64,000 nucleotides of DNA from an uncultured virus (IMG/VR IMGVR_UViG_3300049982_000266) (IMGVR_UViG_3300049982_000266), one strand, 5' to 3'. Shown: positions 10,464 to 21,121, numbered from the stretch's first letter. Notes: generated by a model not told the origin, from the sequence alone. Translations and numbers: made by a program.

Positions 10464-11026
10464 ACGCGGAACGGGCGCGGCGGCTCGGAGACCCATCCTC
10501 GCGGCTGCCACTGACAGAACGCGACGAGCACCGGCGGGATCGAGGCGGTGTCCAGCACGACGGCCCAGCCGCGCTCCTCCAGCGCCTCCAGCACCTCGAC
10601 GGGCGTCTCGCCGTAGACGGGCTGCCGGGCGACCTTGCGACGCTCCTGCGAGCGCTCAGCGGTGTCGAGCACGCGGGCCTGGACGTCGACCTTCCAGCCC
10701 GCCTCCTCCAGCCGCTCGACGAGGCGGTCCTCGTCCTCGACGCGCAGCAGCCGACGGGCGCGGTTGTGCAGCCGGGTCAGCAGCGGGTCGCGCTTCTCGT
10801 CGACCCAGCGGCGCAACGTCTGCTCGCGATCCCACGGGTAGCCGGGACCACGCGGCCCCGGCGCGGGCAGGTGGGCGTCGGCCCACGCGCGGCGCAGGTG
10901 CCACGTGCTGTCGTACGGCATGAGGTGCCCGGCGTGCTGGCCGTGGGGCAGCGTGACGTCCAGGTCGCAGCGCTCGCAGTACGCGACGAGACCAAGCCTC
11001 GACCTCAGGTTGAGGTGGAGGGTCAC
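10460..11026 (-). CDS. hypothetical protein
   Basis: Protein-like segment from VTLHLNL. Confidence 0.55.
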   Translation of the reverse strand: MTLHLNLRSRLGLVAYCERCDLDVTLPHGQHAGHLMPYDSTWHLRRAWADAHLPAPGPRGPGYPWDREQTLRRWVDEKRDPLLTRLHNRARRLLRVEDEDRLVERLEEAGWKVDVQARVLDTAERSQERRKVARQPVYGETPVEVLEALEERGWAVVLDTASIPPVLVAFCQWQPRGWVSEPPRPFRV

Positions 11027-12215
11027 GACTCCGCCTTCAGGCAGCCGAGGCAGTCGACCGGGCCAGGCTGCTCGGTCATCCCCCGGCGCCCGCAGGCGGC
11101 CAGCGTGACGCCGTCGGCCTGGAGCCCGATGACGGCGTGCGTCCGGCGCTTCGTGTAGCCGCCGGGGTCGCCGCGCAGCCCGTGCGTCTTGCACACCCCG
11201 AGCAGGAGACGGCGCTGGCAGCGGTGCCCGTGCTCGACGGGCTTCAGGCAGCGGGTGGCGGGGCGGGTGGCGATGGTCATCGCGGGGCTCCGATGCAGTG
11301 GGGGCAGGTGACGGCGACGCCGGGCGAGGGCAGCCCGCTCGGCAGCCCGCAGCGGGTGCTCAGGGCTCCCGAGCGGGGACTCCGGACGACGGCGTGCACG
11401 AGGCGCAGGACCGGCCCCGGCGGCGGCGTGGCGGCCTCGACGATGCGCTCGGCGAGCGCGACCTCTTCCGGGCTCAGGTCGATCGAGCCGTCGAGCGTCA
11501 GGCGCGACTCGTGCACGCCGACGTACTCGCGGTCGCTCTCCAGGAAGCGACGGAGCATGGCGCCGAGCGCGAGGTCTTCGCGACGGCGGCGCTCGGCCTC
11601 CTCGATCGCCAGGGCGCCGAGCGGGGTGGTCGGCGCGCGCTCAGCAGCCACGCGGGCGCGGATCTCCTCGGCCTCCGCAACGGCCTCAGGCGAGGGGTCG
11701 TCGAGCCCGTCGTCGGACAGCAGGTCGTAGCCGTCGTCGGCGGTCATCCGCCCTGCTCCCACGCGGCGGCCTTGCGCGCGCAGGGCTCGCACGAGCGGGA
11801 GACCCATGACGGCATGAGCGTCCAGCCGCGCTTCGGCGTGGCGCCGCACAGGGCGGCGGCCTCCGGGCCGGTGTGCGGGTCGACCATGACGAAGTGCTCC
11901 AGGGCGGTCTTCACGTTCGCGAAGAGCACTCGCGCGCGGATCGGCCGGGGCTCGCGGGGCGGGTACTTCTCGTGGCCGGTCTCGACGACGTGCGTCACGA
12001 CGACAGGATCCTCTCGACAGGGTCGGGCTCGGGCTGGATGCGGGACAGGGGGCGGTGCACGAGCCGGTCGCCGAGCATGGCGAACAGCGGGGCCGTCCAC
12101 CACGGCGGGTCGATCCCGCTGTAGCGCTCGGCCAGGACGAGGAAGGCGACGAGGGCGGCGCCGAGCACGAGGCGCAGCACGTAGTACGGCTGGCCGAGGC
12201 GGGCGAGCAGGCGCT

Positions 12216-12527
12216 TCACGCGGCGCCCTGGCGGGCCTTGTCGCGGATGCGGTAGATGACCTTCACGTCGACCTCGTACATGCGGGCGATCTCGGCGGTG
12301 GTGCGGCCGAACTCCAGCCACACGAGCACCATCTCCCGCTCCTGGTCGGTCAGCACGCGCTTCGGCTTGCCCGCGTTCGCGGCGGTGCGGGCCTTGCGCC
12401 GGTCACGCTCGCAGCGCAGGCACTCGTCCCACGTGTAGGTCTTGCCGGAGACGCCGCGCACGCCGGAGCGGGTGCGCATGATCGCCTCCGGGCCTTCCAT
12501 CGGGTGCTGCTTCGGGCAGCGCTTCAT
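12216..12527 (-). CDS. Zn-ribbon + helix-turn-helix protein
   Basis: CPKQH...CLRC; LTDQEREMV...GRTTAEIARMYEVDVKVIYRI. Confidence 0.7.
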   Translation of the reverse strand: MKRCPKQHPMEGPEAIMRTRSGVRGVSGKTYTWDECLRCERDRRKARTAANAGKPKRVLTDQEREMVLVWLEFGRTTAEIARMYEVDVKVIYRIRDKARQGAA

Positions 12528-12802
12528 CCGGCCTCCTGGCGGCTCGGGCAGCGGCGGTGCGCTGCGCAGTGGTCGGGCAGGGGCAGCGGTGCCCCTGGTC
12601 TCCGGGGGTCTCGCCGTGCTCGCACAGCGAGGGGACGTCGCGGCAGGCCGGGGGGGACGCCGGGGCAGGAGACGCCGGGCGGCCCTGGTGGGCGCGCATC
12701 TGCCCGTCAGACGCCCGCAGCGGCACTCCGCGCCCGCAGACGCCGCAGCGGGCCTCTCCGGGGCGCAGAGGGGCGTCGAGCGCTTCGGTTCGGACTCCGC
12801 GC

Positions 12803-13069
12803 TCATCGTGCGCGGGCCTGCGCAGTCGCGGGGGCGCGCTCGGCGGAGATGACGCCGCAGCCGAGCCGGACCTCGGTGGTGTGCGTGCCGGACACGACGC
12901 TGACCACGAGGTCGTCGAAGTCGTTGACGTAGATCGCGGTGACGGCGCCGACGGCCGACCGGGTCGCGTAGCGCTCAGTGTTGGTCACCTCGGCGACGTG
13001 GCCGAGCAGCGGCGTGATCGCCAGGACGTTCGCTGCGATCTGGAACTGCGAGACGGTGGGGATGCTCAT
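12803..13069 (-). CDS. hypothetical protein
   Basis: 88-aa ORF directly after a repeat module. Confidence 0.65.
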   Translation of the reverse strand: MSIPTVSQFQIAANVLAITPLLGHVAEVTNTERYATRSAVGAVTAIYVNDFDDLVVSVVSGTHTTEVRLGCGVISAERAPATAQARAR

Positions 13070-13140
13070 GTCGGTCGGGCTCCTGGTACTCGGGGAGGTC
13101 GCTCACCTCCGGGTGTGCCAACACCGTACACCACCTTAGC
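13070..13140 (-). promoter_or_regulatory. Repeat module with leader hairpin
   Basis: GCTAAGGTGGTGTACGGT ... GGAGG-TGAGCGA-CCTCC (13094-13110) ... CCAGGAG. Confidence 0.8.
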
Positions 13141-13364
13141 GGCGGGCGGTCAAGCCGAGGACGGAACCTTGTCCGCCGGGAGCGGCGTCCAGGGCTCGTG
13201 CTCGGTCGCGTGCTGCGTCCGGTAGTGCTGCTCCAGCGCCCTCGTCGCGCCGCTCAGGCTCACGCCCTCCCCGCGCACCCGGCACCGGTCGGTCTCCCAC
13301 AGGCAGCGCCAGGCGACGCGGCCGGGCTCGATCTCCAGGGTCTCGCCGATCGTGCTGTGCTCCC

Positions 13365-13991
13365 TCACGCGACGGCCCAGTCCGGCAGCGGCACCATCGG
13401 GTGAGCCCCGCGCAGCACGTGCGCGCTGTCGTCGAGGAAGTGCCAGACGCCGTCGCGCAGGAACGAGTGACAGTTGCCGAAGGCGGGCTCGCGGGTGTGC
13501 GGCGTGCCGTGCCCGTACTTCGTCGCGCCGACCTCGCGCCAGTCGTCGTTGAGGATGAGGTGGCCGGTCGAGCCGCAGCCCTCGGGGTCCTCGCAGACCA
13601 CCGGCCCGTGCTCGCCCGCGCAGAGGTGGACGCTGGAGTACGCGAGGATGCTCGGCTCGACGCCGAAGTGCTCGTCGTCGCGGCCGTTCCACGACCACAC
13701 GGCGCCTTCCTTCGGCTGCGAGCCGTCCTCGCCGACGAACTGGACGCGGTGCAAGCCCTGGCAGCCGGGGCAGAACACGACGGCCGAGATCCCGTGCGAG
13801 ACACCCTCGGGCTCGCCGTGCCAGCGGATCGGCCGGATGCGCACGTACTGCGGTCCCATCGGGGGCTCCCCTCCTCCGGGGCACTGCACCCCGAGCCGGG
13901 CGCCGTTGACGTTGCGGCGCAGGTGGTGGCGGATCATGCCGTCCTTCCGGACGGTCCAGTCGCTCGGGCAGAACGAGCAGCGGGCCTTCAC
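13365..13991 (-). CDS. DUF6527-like phage protein
   Basis: CPGCQGLH...WSWNG...PSIL...CHSFLRDG.WHFLDDSAH...VPLPDW. Confidence 0.65.
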   Translation of the reverse strand: MKARCSFCPSDWTVRKDGMIRHHLRRNVNGARLGVQCPGGGEPPMGPQYVRIRPIRWHGEPEGVSHGISAVVFCPGCQGLHRVQFVGEDGSQPKEGAVWSWNGRDDEHFGVEPSILAYSSVHLCAGEHGPVVCEDPEGCGSTGHLILNDDWREVGATKYGHGTPHTREPAFGNCHSFLRDGVWHFLDDSAHVLRGAHPMVPLPDWAVA

Positions 13992-14085
13992 GCGAGCCTC
14001 CTCGTGGGCCGTCGGGGCGGCCGGTCGACGCCGCCGGGCCTCGCTGTGTATCCGCGCCAGTGTGACCGGCCGGGCGGGCGGCGGG

Positions 14086-14400
14086 TCACGGCTTCACGGC
14101 CTTCGTCCACCACTTCGCCTCGCGCTTCGCCCGGCGGATCGTCAGCGCACGCGTCCAGCCGTGGCCGAAGTGCCGCATCACGCCGCCGTGCGACACGATC
14201 TCCCAGTGCCACCGGTGCCGCTGCCAGAACCAGTAGCGCCAGACGCGGATGTACGTGCCGTCCTCGCAGTCGGCCTCCCATGAGCGGGGGTCGAGCCCGT
14301 CCTGGTCGAGATCGGCCAGCCGGTAGACCTCGCGGACGCCGGAGAGCACGCGCTCGCGCCACTGCGCCAGCGTCTCGTCGTTCGGCTCGCGGTCATCCAT
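14086..14400 (-). CDS. hypothetical protein
   Basis: 104-aa Trp-rich ORF. Confidence 0.55.
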   Translation of the reverse strand: MDDREPNDETLAQWRERVLSGVREVYRLADLDQDGLDPRSWEADCEDGTYIRVWRYWFWQRHRWHWEIVSHGGVMRHFGHGWTRALTIRRAKREAKWWTKAVKP

Positions 14401-15265
14401 GCTTCGCGGCCACCTCTCGGGCGTAGTCCAGCGGGACGGTGTCGAAGGTGCAGGGGGTGTCGGGCCAGGCGCGGCCGTAGTCGTCGGTCGGCCAGATGCA
14501 GACGTCGTGCTCGACGTAGTAGAGCGCGGCCAGCCCGTCGAGCAGGGCGCTCATCTCGGGCTCGGCGAGGTCGCTCACGGCTCGTCGAGGTTCCACTCGG
14601 CGACCTCGTCGAAGATCGTGAACGTCGGCGTGAGCCCCTGCATCCGGCTCCCCGGCGGCGGCAGCAAGGGCTCGACGTCGAGCGCCGAGATCGGCTGCGG
14701 CCGGTCGACGTCGCGGTAGTGGTACACGTGCCGGTGCTGGCACGCCTTGCCTACGCGGGTGCGCTCTCCCATGCCTCCGGACGCTACGTCGCTCACCCGG
14801 CCACCGTCGCGGCGTCGTGAGCCGCCAGGGAGCGCCGGACATCGCTGACGAGGAGCATGTCGACCTTCTCCGGCTCGCGCGCGGCGCCGCGCTCCACGCT
14901 GCGACGCGCGGCGGCCAGCACCTCGCGGGCGCACTCAACGCAAATCGTCGTCGTGTACCAGCGGGCGGGGCGCTTGCAGGAGCCCCCGCCGAGCCGCTGC
15001 GTGGCGATGACGGTGTCCGGGCGGCGGCGCTTGCACTGCGAGCAGCGCGGGTCGTGGCGGGCCACTAGACGTCCCATCCCTTCCGGCGCTGGCGCTCGGC
15101 GGTGAGCGGCTGCACGGCGTCGCCGTAGAAGCACGAGTCGCGGTGGCCGAAGGGCTTGCCGCAGAACCACGGCCGGTCGAAGCGGGTCGCCCCGAGGGCC
15201 CCGCAGGGGATACGGAGCAGCCGCAGCGCCAGGGCGGCCAGGCGGCGGCGCAGGTCGTGAACCAT

Positions 15266-15631
15266 CTAGGGGGTCTCCTCGGGGGTGCAGGCGAGCAGGG
15301 TCTCGACCTCGCCGCGCTCAGCGGCGGCCCAGCCCTGGTCGAAGGGCACGAGGCGCACGTGGTCGAGCGTGTCGGTGTCGGCGACGACGAGGGCGTCCAG
15401 GTGCTCCAGCCCGGCGTCGGCGGGCTCCACGCACTCGCGGCCGTAGGTGGCCGAAGCGACGGCCAGCGGGTCGGCGGCGGGGCCAGCAGGGGGCAGGGCG
15501 CCCCATCGGTGGTCGACGACGCCGACGGCAGGGACGGCGAGCAGCGCCAGCAGCATCGCGGCGGGCATGAGGGCGCCAGGCAGGTCGGCGCGGCGCAGGC
15601 GGGTCACCGGGCGCTCGCGGGTCTCGCTCAT
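15266..15631 (-). CDS. membrane-anchored/secreted small protein
   Basis: N-terminal hydrophobic stretch; follows repeat module. Confidence 0.6.
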   Translation of the reverse strand: MSETRERPVTRLRRADLPGALMPAAMLLALLAVPAVGVVDHRWGALPPAGPAADPLAVASATYGRECVEPADAGLEHLDALVVADTDTLDHVRLVPFDQGWAAAERGEVETLLACTPEETP

Positions 15632-15707
15632 GGTGTGCTCCTGGTGCTCGTGGGGTCGCTCTCCCCGGTGGATGACAGAACTGTAGCACGGCGTCCAGCG
15701 GCTTAGC
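15632..15707 (-). promoter_or_regulatory. Repeat module with leader hairpin
   Basis: GCTAAGCCGCTGGACGCCGTGCTACAGT ... GGGG-AGAGCGA-CCCC (15652-15666) ... CCAGGAG. Confidence 0.8.
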
Positions 15708-16160
15708 GCCGGGCGCCGTGCGGCCTAGCGGAGCCGAGGTCGGAGTCGCGCGGCGTCTCCAGGCGCTCAGCCATGCAGCGCCGCCCCCCGGTCGATCCGG
15801 CGGCGCTCGGCCGGGCTCAGGCGAGCCCCCCGGCGCCGACGGCGGTGCCACTCGACGACGGCCCGCCGGTCGCCGGAGATCATGTCCTCGCCGTCGAAGG
15901 CGACCCACCGGCGGCCGGGGACGCGCAGCACGGCGCTGGAGCGACGAGCACGCCGGTAGCGCGAGCGCAGGCGGCGGGCCTGCCAGGCGCGGGCGCTCAC
16001 GGCGCCTCCTGCACGCGGGCCAGGGCGGCGACGGTGGCGCTGTAGTCGAGCCAGTGCGGCTCGCGGGCCAGGTGGCGGCCGACGTCGTCGAGCGTGGAGT
16101 CGGGGTCCTCCTCGGACACCTCGAAGCGGGCGCGGCAGCCCTCCTGCGGGCAGGCGAGCC

Positions 16161-16511
16161 TCACGTGACGCCCGTGATCTTGACGAATGAGCCCGGCGGC
16201 TGGACCCCCATCTCGACGCGCATGTCCGCCAGGATCCGCAGTCGGTCATGGTCGACCTCGACGTTGATGTCGAACAGCGGCTTCACGGCCATCGGGTCGT
16301 TCGGCGTCCCCTTCAGCCACGCGAGCACGTCGGCCATGCCCTCGCGCACGATCTTCCGGGCCTCGTGCCGGACGTCCTCCAGCAGCGTGCGCGGCCGGGT
16401 GCCGACGAGCACCGACGACCCCAGCGCCGAGCCGATGAGCACGGTGCCCTCAGGCACGTGCGGTGAGCGGACGATCTGGACGTCACCCCAGCCGGGCAGG
16501 CTCTCGATCAC
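16161..16511 (-). CDS. hypothetical protein resembling a capsid C-terminal fragment
   Basis: VRSPHVPEG...RILADMRVEMGVQPPGSFVKIT. Confidence 0.45.
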   Translation of the reverse strand: MIESLPGWGDVQIVRSPHVPEGTVLIGSALGSSVLVGTRPRTLLEDVRHEARKIVREGMADVLAWLKGTPNDPMAVKPLFDINVEVDHDRLRILADMRVEMGVQPPGSFVKITGVT

Positions 16512-17339
16512 GGGCCACTGTCCTCGTAGACGTGCAGGTGCCAGGCGCGGCCGGTGCACACGGCGGCGAAGGTAGCGCTCCAGCAGGTCTGCTCGGCGCC
16601 CGCGAAGGTCCGGTCGTCCCACGAGGCGAGTTCCCACGAGAGCGGGTGCCCGGCGTAGTCGGGGTAGCCGTGGTCGATCCGGCCGACGAGGGCGCAGGCG
16701 ACCCCCCGAGCGACGCGCAAGGCGGCTCGCACGCCCTTGCCGTTGTCCCGGCCGCCGGTGCCGCGCAGGACGTGCCTGGCGGCCTCCAGGCGCAGGTCGA
16801 CGGCGTCGCCGAAGCGGGCGATCCGCATGCGCAGCCGGAAGCCGCGTCCCTGCTCGGCGGTGTAGCACTCCAGGTCGTCGAAGTGCTCGCAGGTGCGCGG
16901 CCACCCGTAGCAGCGCTCAGTGGGCACGGCGTCGCCCTTGCGCCAGGTCACGAGCGGGCGTGCCAGCGCGTGCAGATGCCGGGGCCGTCCTGGTCGTCGG
17001 CCGGGCAGTCGCCGACGCACTGCACGGGCAGCGGCCTCGCGAGCCCCGTCGCGACGGCCACGACGTCGCGGAGCGCCTGCTGGCGCCACGAGTCGCCGGG
17101 GAAGGCGGCGAAGACACGGGTCACGCCCACGTCGATCGGGGCGTGACGGGCCGCCAGGGCGCGCTCCTCGCCCTCCCGGCGCTGCCGCTCCCACGACTCC
17201 TGCGTCGGCGCCCCGATGCCGCCAGGGACGCCATGAGGGGCGTGCACACCCTTGCCGGGGCAGCCGACGAGGTGGCAGGTGCCGGGCGGGTCGAGGGGCC
17301 GGATGACCTGCGGCGTGCTCCACGGCTCGGGCGCCTCGC

Positions 17340-18446
17340 TCATGCGCCGTCCAGGCGCTCGGTGAGCCGGTCGAGGGTGCGGCCGAGGCTGCTGAGCGCC
17401 GACTCGGCCAGCATCGTCGCCGAGGAGACGAGCGAGGGGATCTGCTCCTGAAGTCGGGCGACGCTGTCGGTGATGCCGCTCAGCGCGTCGTAGGGCGCCT
17501 GCTCGGCGTCGTCGCGGAGCGGGCCGGCCTTCGGCAACCAGGCGCGGCCGTCGTCGGCGATCCAGCCGCCGTCCTCCAGGTGCAGGTGCGGGGTGCCGTC
17601 GGCCGGGCAGGCGTAGCGCGGGTCCTCGGTGCGCGGGTCGAGGATGTCGGGCTCGCCGACCGGGACGACGTAGCAGGGCGTGAGCCCGTGCGAGACGCCG
17701 CCGAGTTCGGTGCGGAACGAGCCGTCGGCGGCGACCGCCAGGTGACCGCAGGAGCACGTCTTCAGGACGGGCTCCGCGTCGACCGCGCGGACCTCGTCGA
17801 GCAGCGTGTCGAGCAGCGCCCGTACGCGGTCGTAGCCGCCGCGCCCCTGCCGATGGTTCTCGTCGCTGTCCATCGCGGCCTGGTAGAGCGCACCGGCGCG
17901 CACGAGGTTGCGCAACGGCCCCTTCGGCTTCCAGTGCCGCCCGGCCCACGGCCAGCCGGTCGGGGGGGACTTGACGTTCTCAGGAGCCTTCGCGGCGTTC
18001 GCCTCGTAGGCGGCGGCGGCAGCGACGAGGTCGAGTGCGCGGCCCTGGTCGTGCTCGGCGGTGTACCCCTCCCGCTCGATCTGACGGCGGCGCTCGCGGG
18101 CGATGAGGGCGGTGGCGTCGAGCGGCGGCGGCTTGGTCGGCTCGGCCCGCTCCTGCGACGCCTCCCGCTCGCGGGCGAGCAGGGCGGCGGTGGCGGTGTT
18201 CAGGTCGGCGTGCAGCATGGCTTCGCCGTCGTACTGCTCGTGCCAGTGCTCCTCGACCGGGCAGGCGTCGGTGGCGCTCACGCGCGGGATCTGCGGGCTG
18301 ACGGCCGGGTCCTGACTCTCCCGCCGGTAGGCGTGCAGGCGCGTGACGGCCTCGCGCTGCGAGCGCGTCCAGAGGTCGGGGTCGACGGCGCCTCGGCGGA
18401 GCAGGTCGCAGACGACGGCGGCATCATGCGGCGTGAAGGGGGTCAT
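17340..18446 (-). CDS. phage protein with conserved ERRRQ..EG.T.EHD / WPW..WKP..NLVRAGAL domain
   Basis: Motif common in phage early proteins; leaderless ATG after TACGGT. Confidence 0.65.
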   Translation of the reverse strand: MTPFTPHDAAVVCDLLRRGAVDPDLWTRSQREAVTRLHAYRRESQDPAVSPQIPRVSATDACPVEEHWHEQYDGEAMLHADLNTATAALLAREREASQERAEPTKPPPLDATALIARERRRQIEREGYTAEHDQGRALDLVAAAAAYEANAAKAPENVKSPPTGWPWAGRHWKPKGPLRNLVRAGALYQAAMDSDENHRQGRGGYDRVRALLDTLLDEVRAVDAEPVLKTCSCGHLAVAADGSFRTELGGVSHGLTPCYVVPVGEPDILDPRTEDPRYACPADGTPHLHLEDGGWIADDGRAWLPKAGPLRDDAEQAPYDALSGITDSVARLQEQIPSLVSSATMLAESALSSLGRTLDRLTERLDGA

Positions 18447-18470
18447 GCGGCGACCGTACCCCGGCTTGCG
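18447..18470 (-). promoter_or_regulatory. Repeat module, short leaderless type
   Basis: CGCAAGCCGGGGTACGGTCGCCGC-ATG. Confidence 0.65.
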
Positions 18471-18494
18471 GATCTCGCCGGGTCCGGACACGCG

Positions 18495-18523
18495 GGAGCC
18501 CCCGCCGAGGTGGCGGGGGCTCC
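18495..18523 (-). terminator. GC-rich hairpin terminator
   Basis: GGAGCCCCCGCC-N5-GGCGGGGGCTCC just after stop of 18539..18859. Confidence 0.65.
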
Positions 18524-18538
18524 GGGGGGCGGGGCGGG

Positions 18539-18859
18539 TCAGACGGGGAGACCGACGACGCCGCGCGCCTGGCGGACCGAGCGGGGGACGGTGTAGCCGC
18601 CGAACTTCGTCCAGCCGGTCGAGTGCGTGAAGCGCAGCGTGTAGCGGGCGGGCTCGGTGGTGCGGAAGCCCAGCCGCTCGGCGGAGAGCGGGGTGTCCCA
18701 CACCGGGGTCTTCGTGAAGCCGACCGCGACGTTCGCCGTCTCGTGCTCGATCCAGACCTCGACGGAGTTCTCGTCCTGCGTGACCTTGACGGTCCAGCCC
18801 CTCGCGGTCGCGTCGTCAACGAGCGACTGAAGGCTGCGGGGGAGGGCGGTGGTGGTCAT
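18539..18859 (-). CDS. hypothetical protein
   Basis: MTTTALPRSL..., follows repeat module. Confidence 0.65.
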   Translation of the reverse strand: MTTTALPRSLQSLVDDATARGWTVKVTQDENSVEVWIEHETANVAVGFTKTPVWDTPLSAERLGFRTTEPARYTLRFTHSTGWTKFGGYTVPRSVRQARGVVGLPV

Positions 18860-18929
18860 CGTGGGCTCCTGTCGTGGTGGCGGGGTTCGCTCCCCCTGCC
18901 GATGAGAGAACTGTACCACAGTGCTCAGC
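18860..18929 (-). promoter_or_regulatory. Repeat module with leader hairpin
   Basis: TGTGGTACAGTTCTCTCATCGG ... GGGG-GAGCGAA-CCCC (18882-18896) ... CAGGAG. Confidence 0.8.
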
Positions 18930-19225
18930 GGGCGGCCTTCCGGTGTGACGGGCAGCGGCCGGACGGGTCGGTGGTCTTGCGGGCGCAGGGGCGCCACTCG
19001 CCAGCGCCGTCGAAGGTGCCGACGCGGACCCAGCCGGAGCAGGTGACGGGGGTCATCGGCCGAGGTTCGCCTTCGCCTCGCGGGCGACGCGACGGCCGCA
19101 CGCGGCGAGGCTGCGGCACTTCCACTCGTCCAGGTCGCCGAGGACGAGGAAGCGGAGCGGGAGGCGGTCGTGGCAGTAGACGCACGTCTCGCGGCGCGGC
19201 GGGGCGGTGTAGGGGCGCATGGCGG

Positions 19226-19501
19226 TCACCCGGCCAGCCGGGCGAGGGCGGCGGCGCGGTAGGCCGGGAGGTTGCCCTCCAGACCCTTCTCGCCGTCGCG
19301 GCGGACGACGCTGACCTCGGAGGGGCTGACGGCGCGCTCCTCTCGGTCGGCGTCGAGGATGACCACGCGGGTGCGGCCGAAGCGGACGACGGGGCTGCGG
19401 GTGCCGGTGTCGACGAGGCGGGCGGTGCCCCATGAGGTCACGAGCACGGTGTCGGTCGGCAGGATCTCGACGCCGAGAGCGTCGGTGACGGTGCGGGTCA
19501 T
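19226..19501 (-). CDS. small beta-rich (SH3/KOW-like) protein
   Basis: DALGVEILPTDTVLV...VVRFGRTRVVI...VSPSEVSVV. Confidence 0.55.
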   Translation of the reverse strand: MTRTVTDALGVEILPTDTVLVTSWGTARLVDTGTRSPVVRFGRTRVVILDADREERAVSPSEVSVVRRDGEKGLEGNLPAYRAAALARLAG

Positions 19502-19570
19502 GTGGTGGCTCCTGGTGCTCGGGGCGCTCGCTCTGCGCCGATAGAAGGACAGTAGCACGGTCTCTAGCGG
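19502..19570 (-). promoter_or_regulatory. Repeat module with leader hairpin
   Basis: GTGCTACTGT ... GGCGC-AGAGCGA-GCGCC (19523-19539) ... CCAGGAG. Confidence 0.75.
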
Positions 19571-19813
19571 GGGCGCCGGGTGCAGTTGACCTTGCATTCC
19601 CACGCGACCTCACGCGAGACCCTGGAGGGCGGACAGGCGCTCCAACTCGGGGGCGGCGAAGGGCTGGCCGTCGCGCAGGCAGGCGGCGAAGGCGGTCGCC
19701 TGCGCACGGGTGCGGGTGTGCAGGCGCACGACGCCGTCGACCTTGATCGGCCAGCCGTGGCCGGGGACGCGGGCGCCGACCGTGTAGCGGGGCCGGGAAG
19801 CGGTGGTGGTCAT

Positions 19814-19899
19814 GTCGTAGACCGTAGCACACGCGTACCCCGGCTTAGCGATTTCGGGAGATCCGGCCGGTCCCGAGATCGCTAAGGGCGGGTACGCGT
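19814..19899 (-). promoter_or_regulatory. Leaderless promoter within a 69-bp palindrome made of two inverted boxes
   Basis: Arms 19831-19859 and 19871-19899 match at 25/29; TGTGCTACGGT then ATG of 19610..19813. Confidence 0.75.
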
Positions 19900-20083
19900 C
19901 ACGGACCGTCGGTGACCTCGCCAGCGAACGGCGCCTGGTCGAGCAACGCCCGGCCGAGGTCAGCCGCGTCGAACGGCGTCAGCACGTACCGGCGCTCCAT
20001 CACGAGCCCGTCCTCACCCGGCTCGTCGTCAGCGAGCATGAGCAGCACCTCGCCCCCGACGGCCTCGACCGTCCACGTCCCGC

Positions 20084-20842
20084 TCACGCCGACTCCCCAG
20101 CGGCCAGCATCTCGCGGATCCGGGCGCGCTCAGCCTCAGCCTCGGACTCGGACTCCACGATCTCGCCCTCGACGATCTCCGCGTCCGCGTCGCCGCCCTC
20201 GATCGCCAGCCGGGCCGACGCGACCCGCTCTGCCAGCGCGGCGATCTGCGCGCCCTGCTCCACCTGCACCGGCGAGCCGCCAGGGCCGGAGATCTCCACC
20301 TGGACGGCGCCCTGCTTGCCCCAGCGGTCCGGGTGCGAGCGGGACAGGAACTCCAGCCCCAACTTCCCGTCCGGCTCGGCCCACCGGCGCTTCATCGCCA
20401 GTTCGCCGTCCTCGTTGTAGACCGGCATCCCGTCGGCCGTCAGCGCAGGCTCCTCGCTGATGAGGTAGCCGCCGTCGATCGCCTTGACGACGCTCTTGAC
20501 CGTCGCGGCCTCGCCCCGTGCGCGCGCCCGCGCGAGCCGGTCCGCGAAGTCCACAAGGCGCAGTGCACTGTGGTCTACGTCGGGGGGGAGTCCGCCTTCG
20601 TGCTCTTCCTGCCAGGCGTCGATCTCGGCCCGTGCGGCTTCGGCGATGGCGAGCCACTGGAAAAGGGTGCTGTGCCCGATCCCGGCGAGGGTGGCGGCGG
20701 TGGTGATGGGGACGCGGTTGGCGACGTTCTCGACGATCGCGTCGGCGAGCCTGTCGGTCAGGATGGTCCGGCGTCCGAGGCGCTTGCCGCTCGGGCTGCG
20801 GGTCGGCCGGAGGGCGGCCTGCTCCCTGGTCTTCCTACCCAC
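20084..20842 (-). CDS. terminase small subunit-like HTH protein
   Basis: GRRTILT...AATLAGIGHSTLFQW...FADRLARARA...FLSRSHPDRWGK...VEISGPGGSPVQVE. Confidence 0.65.
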   Translation of the reverse strand: MGRKTREQAALRPTRSPSGKRLGRRTILTDRLADAIVENVANRVPITTAATLAGIGHSTLFQWLAIAEAARAEIDAWQEEHEGGLPPDVDHSALRLVDFADRLARARARGEAATVKSVVKAIDGGYLISEEPALTADGMPVYNEDGELAMKRRWAEPDGKLGLEFLSRSHPDRWGKQGAVQVEISGPGGSPVQVEQGAQIAALAERVASARLAIEGGDADAEIVEGEIVESESEAEAERARIREMLAAGESA

Positions 20843-21121
20843 GGGTCTCGTCCTCCCAGCAGGGCCGGACGTCCGGCCAGTAGACGGTCAGGTCGGCGTC
20901 GAGGGCGAACATCGGGCGGGCCGTCCAGTCCGGCTCGTCATCCACGGGTGGTCTCCCTGCTGAGGATGCCGACGATCTCGGCTGCGGGCTGGTCATACCC
21001 CTCTCGGGGCCACCCGTCGATCGGGCAGGCTCGGACGTCGTCCATCCACACGAGCGGGCAGCCGCAGTGCCCGCAGCGGTCCTCGGGGCCGACCTTCGGG
21101 TCGACGTAGCCGGGGTAGTCG

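Noticed and set aside
19831..19899. Protelomerase telRL site
   Set aside because: The palindrome is imperfect with an 11-nt spacer and no protelomerase is visible; retained only as a generic palindrome finding
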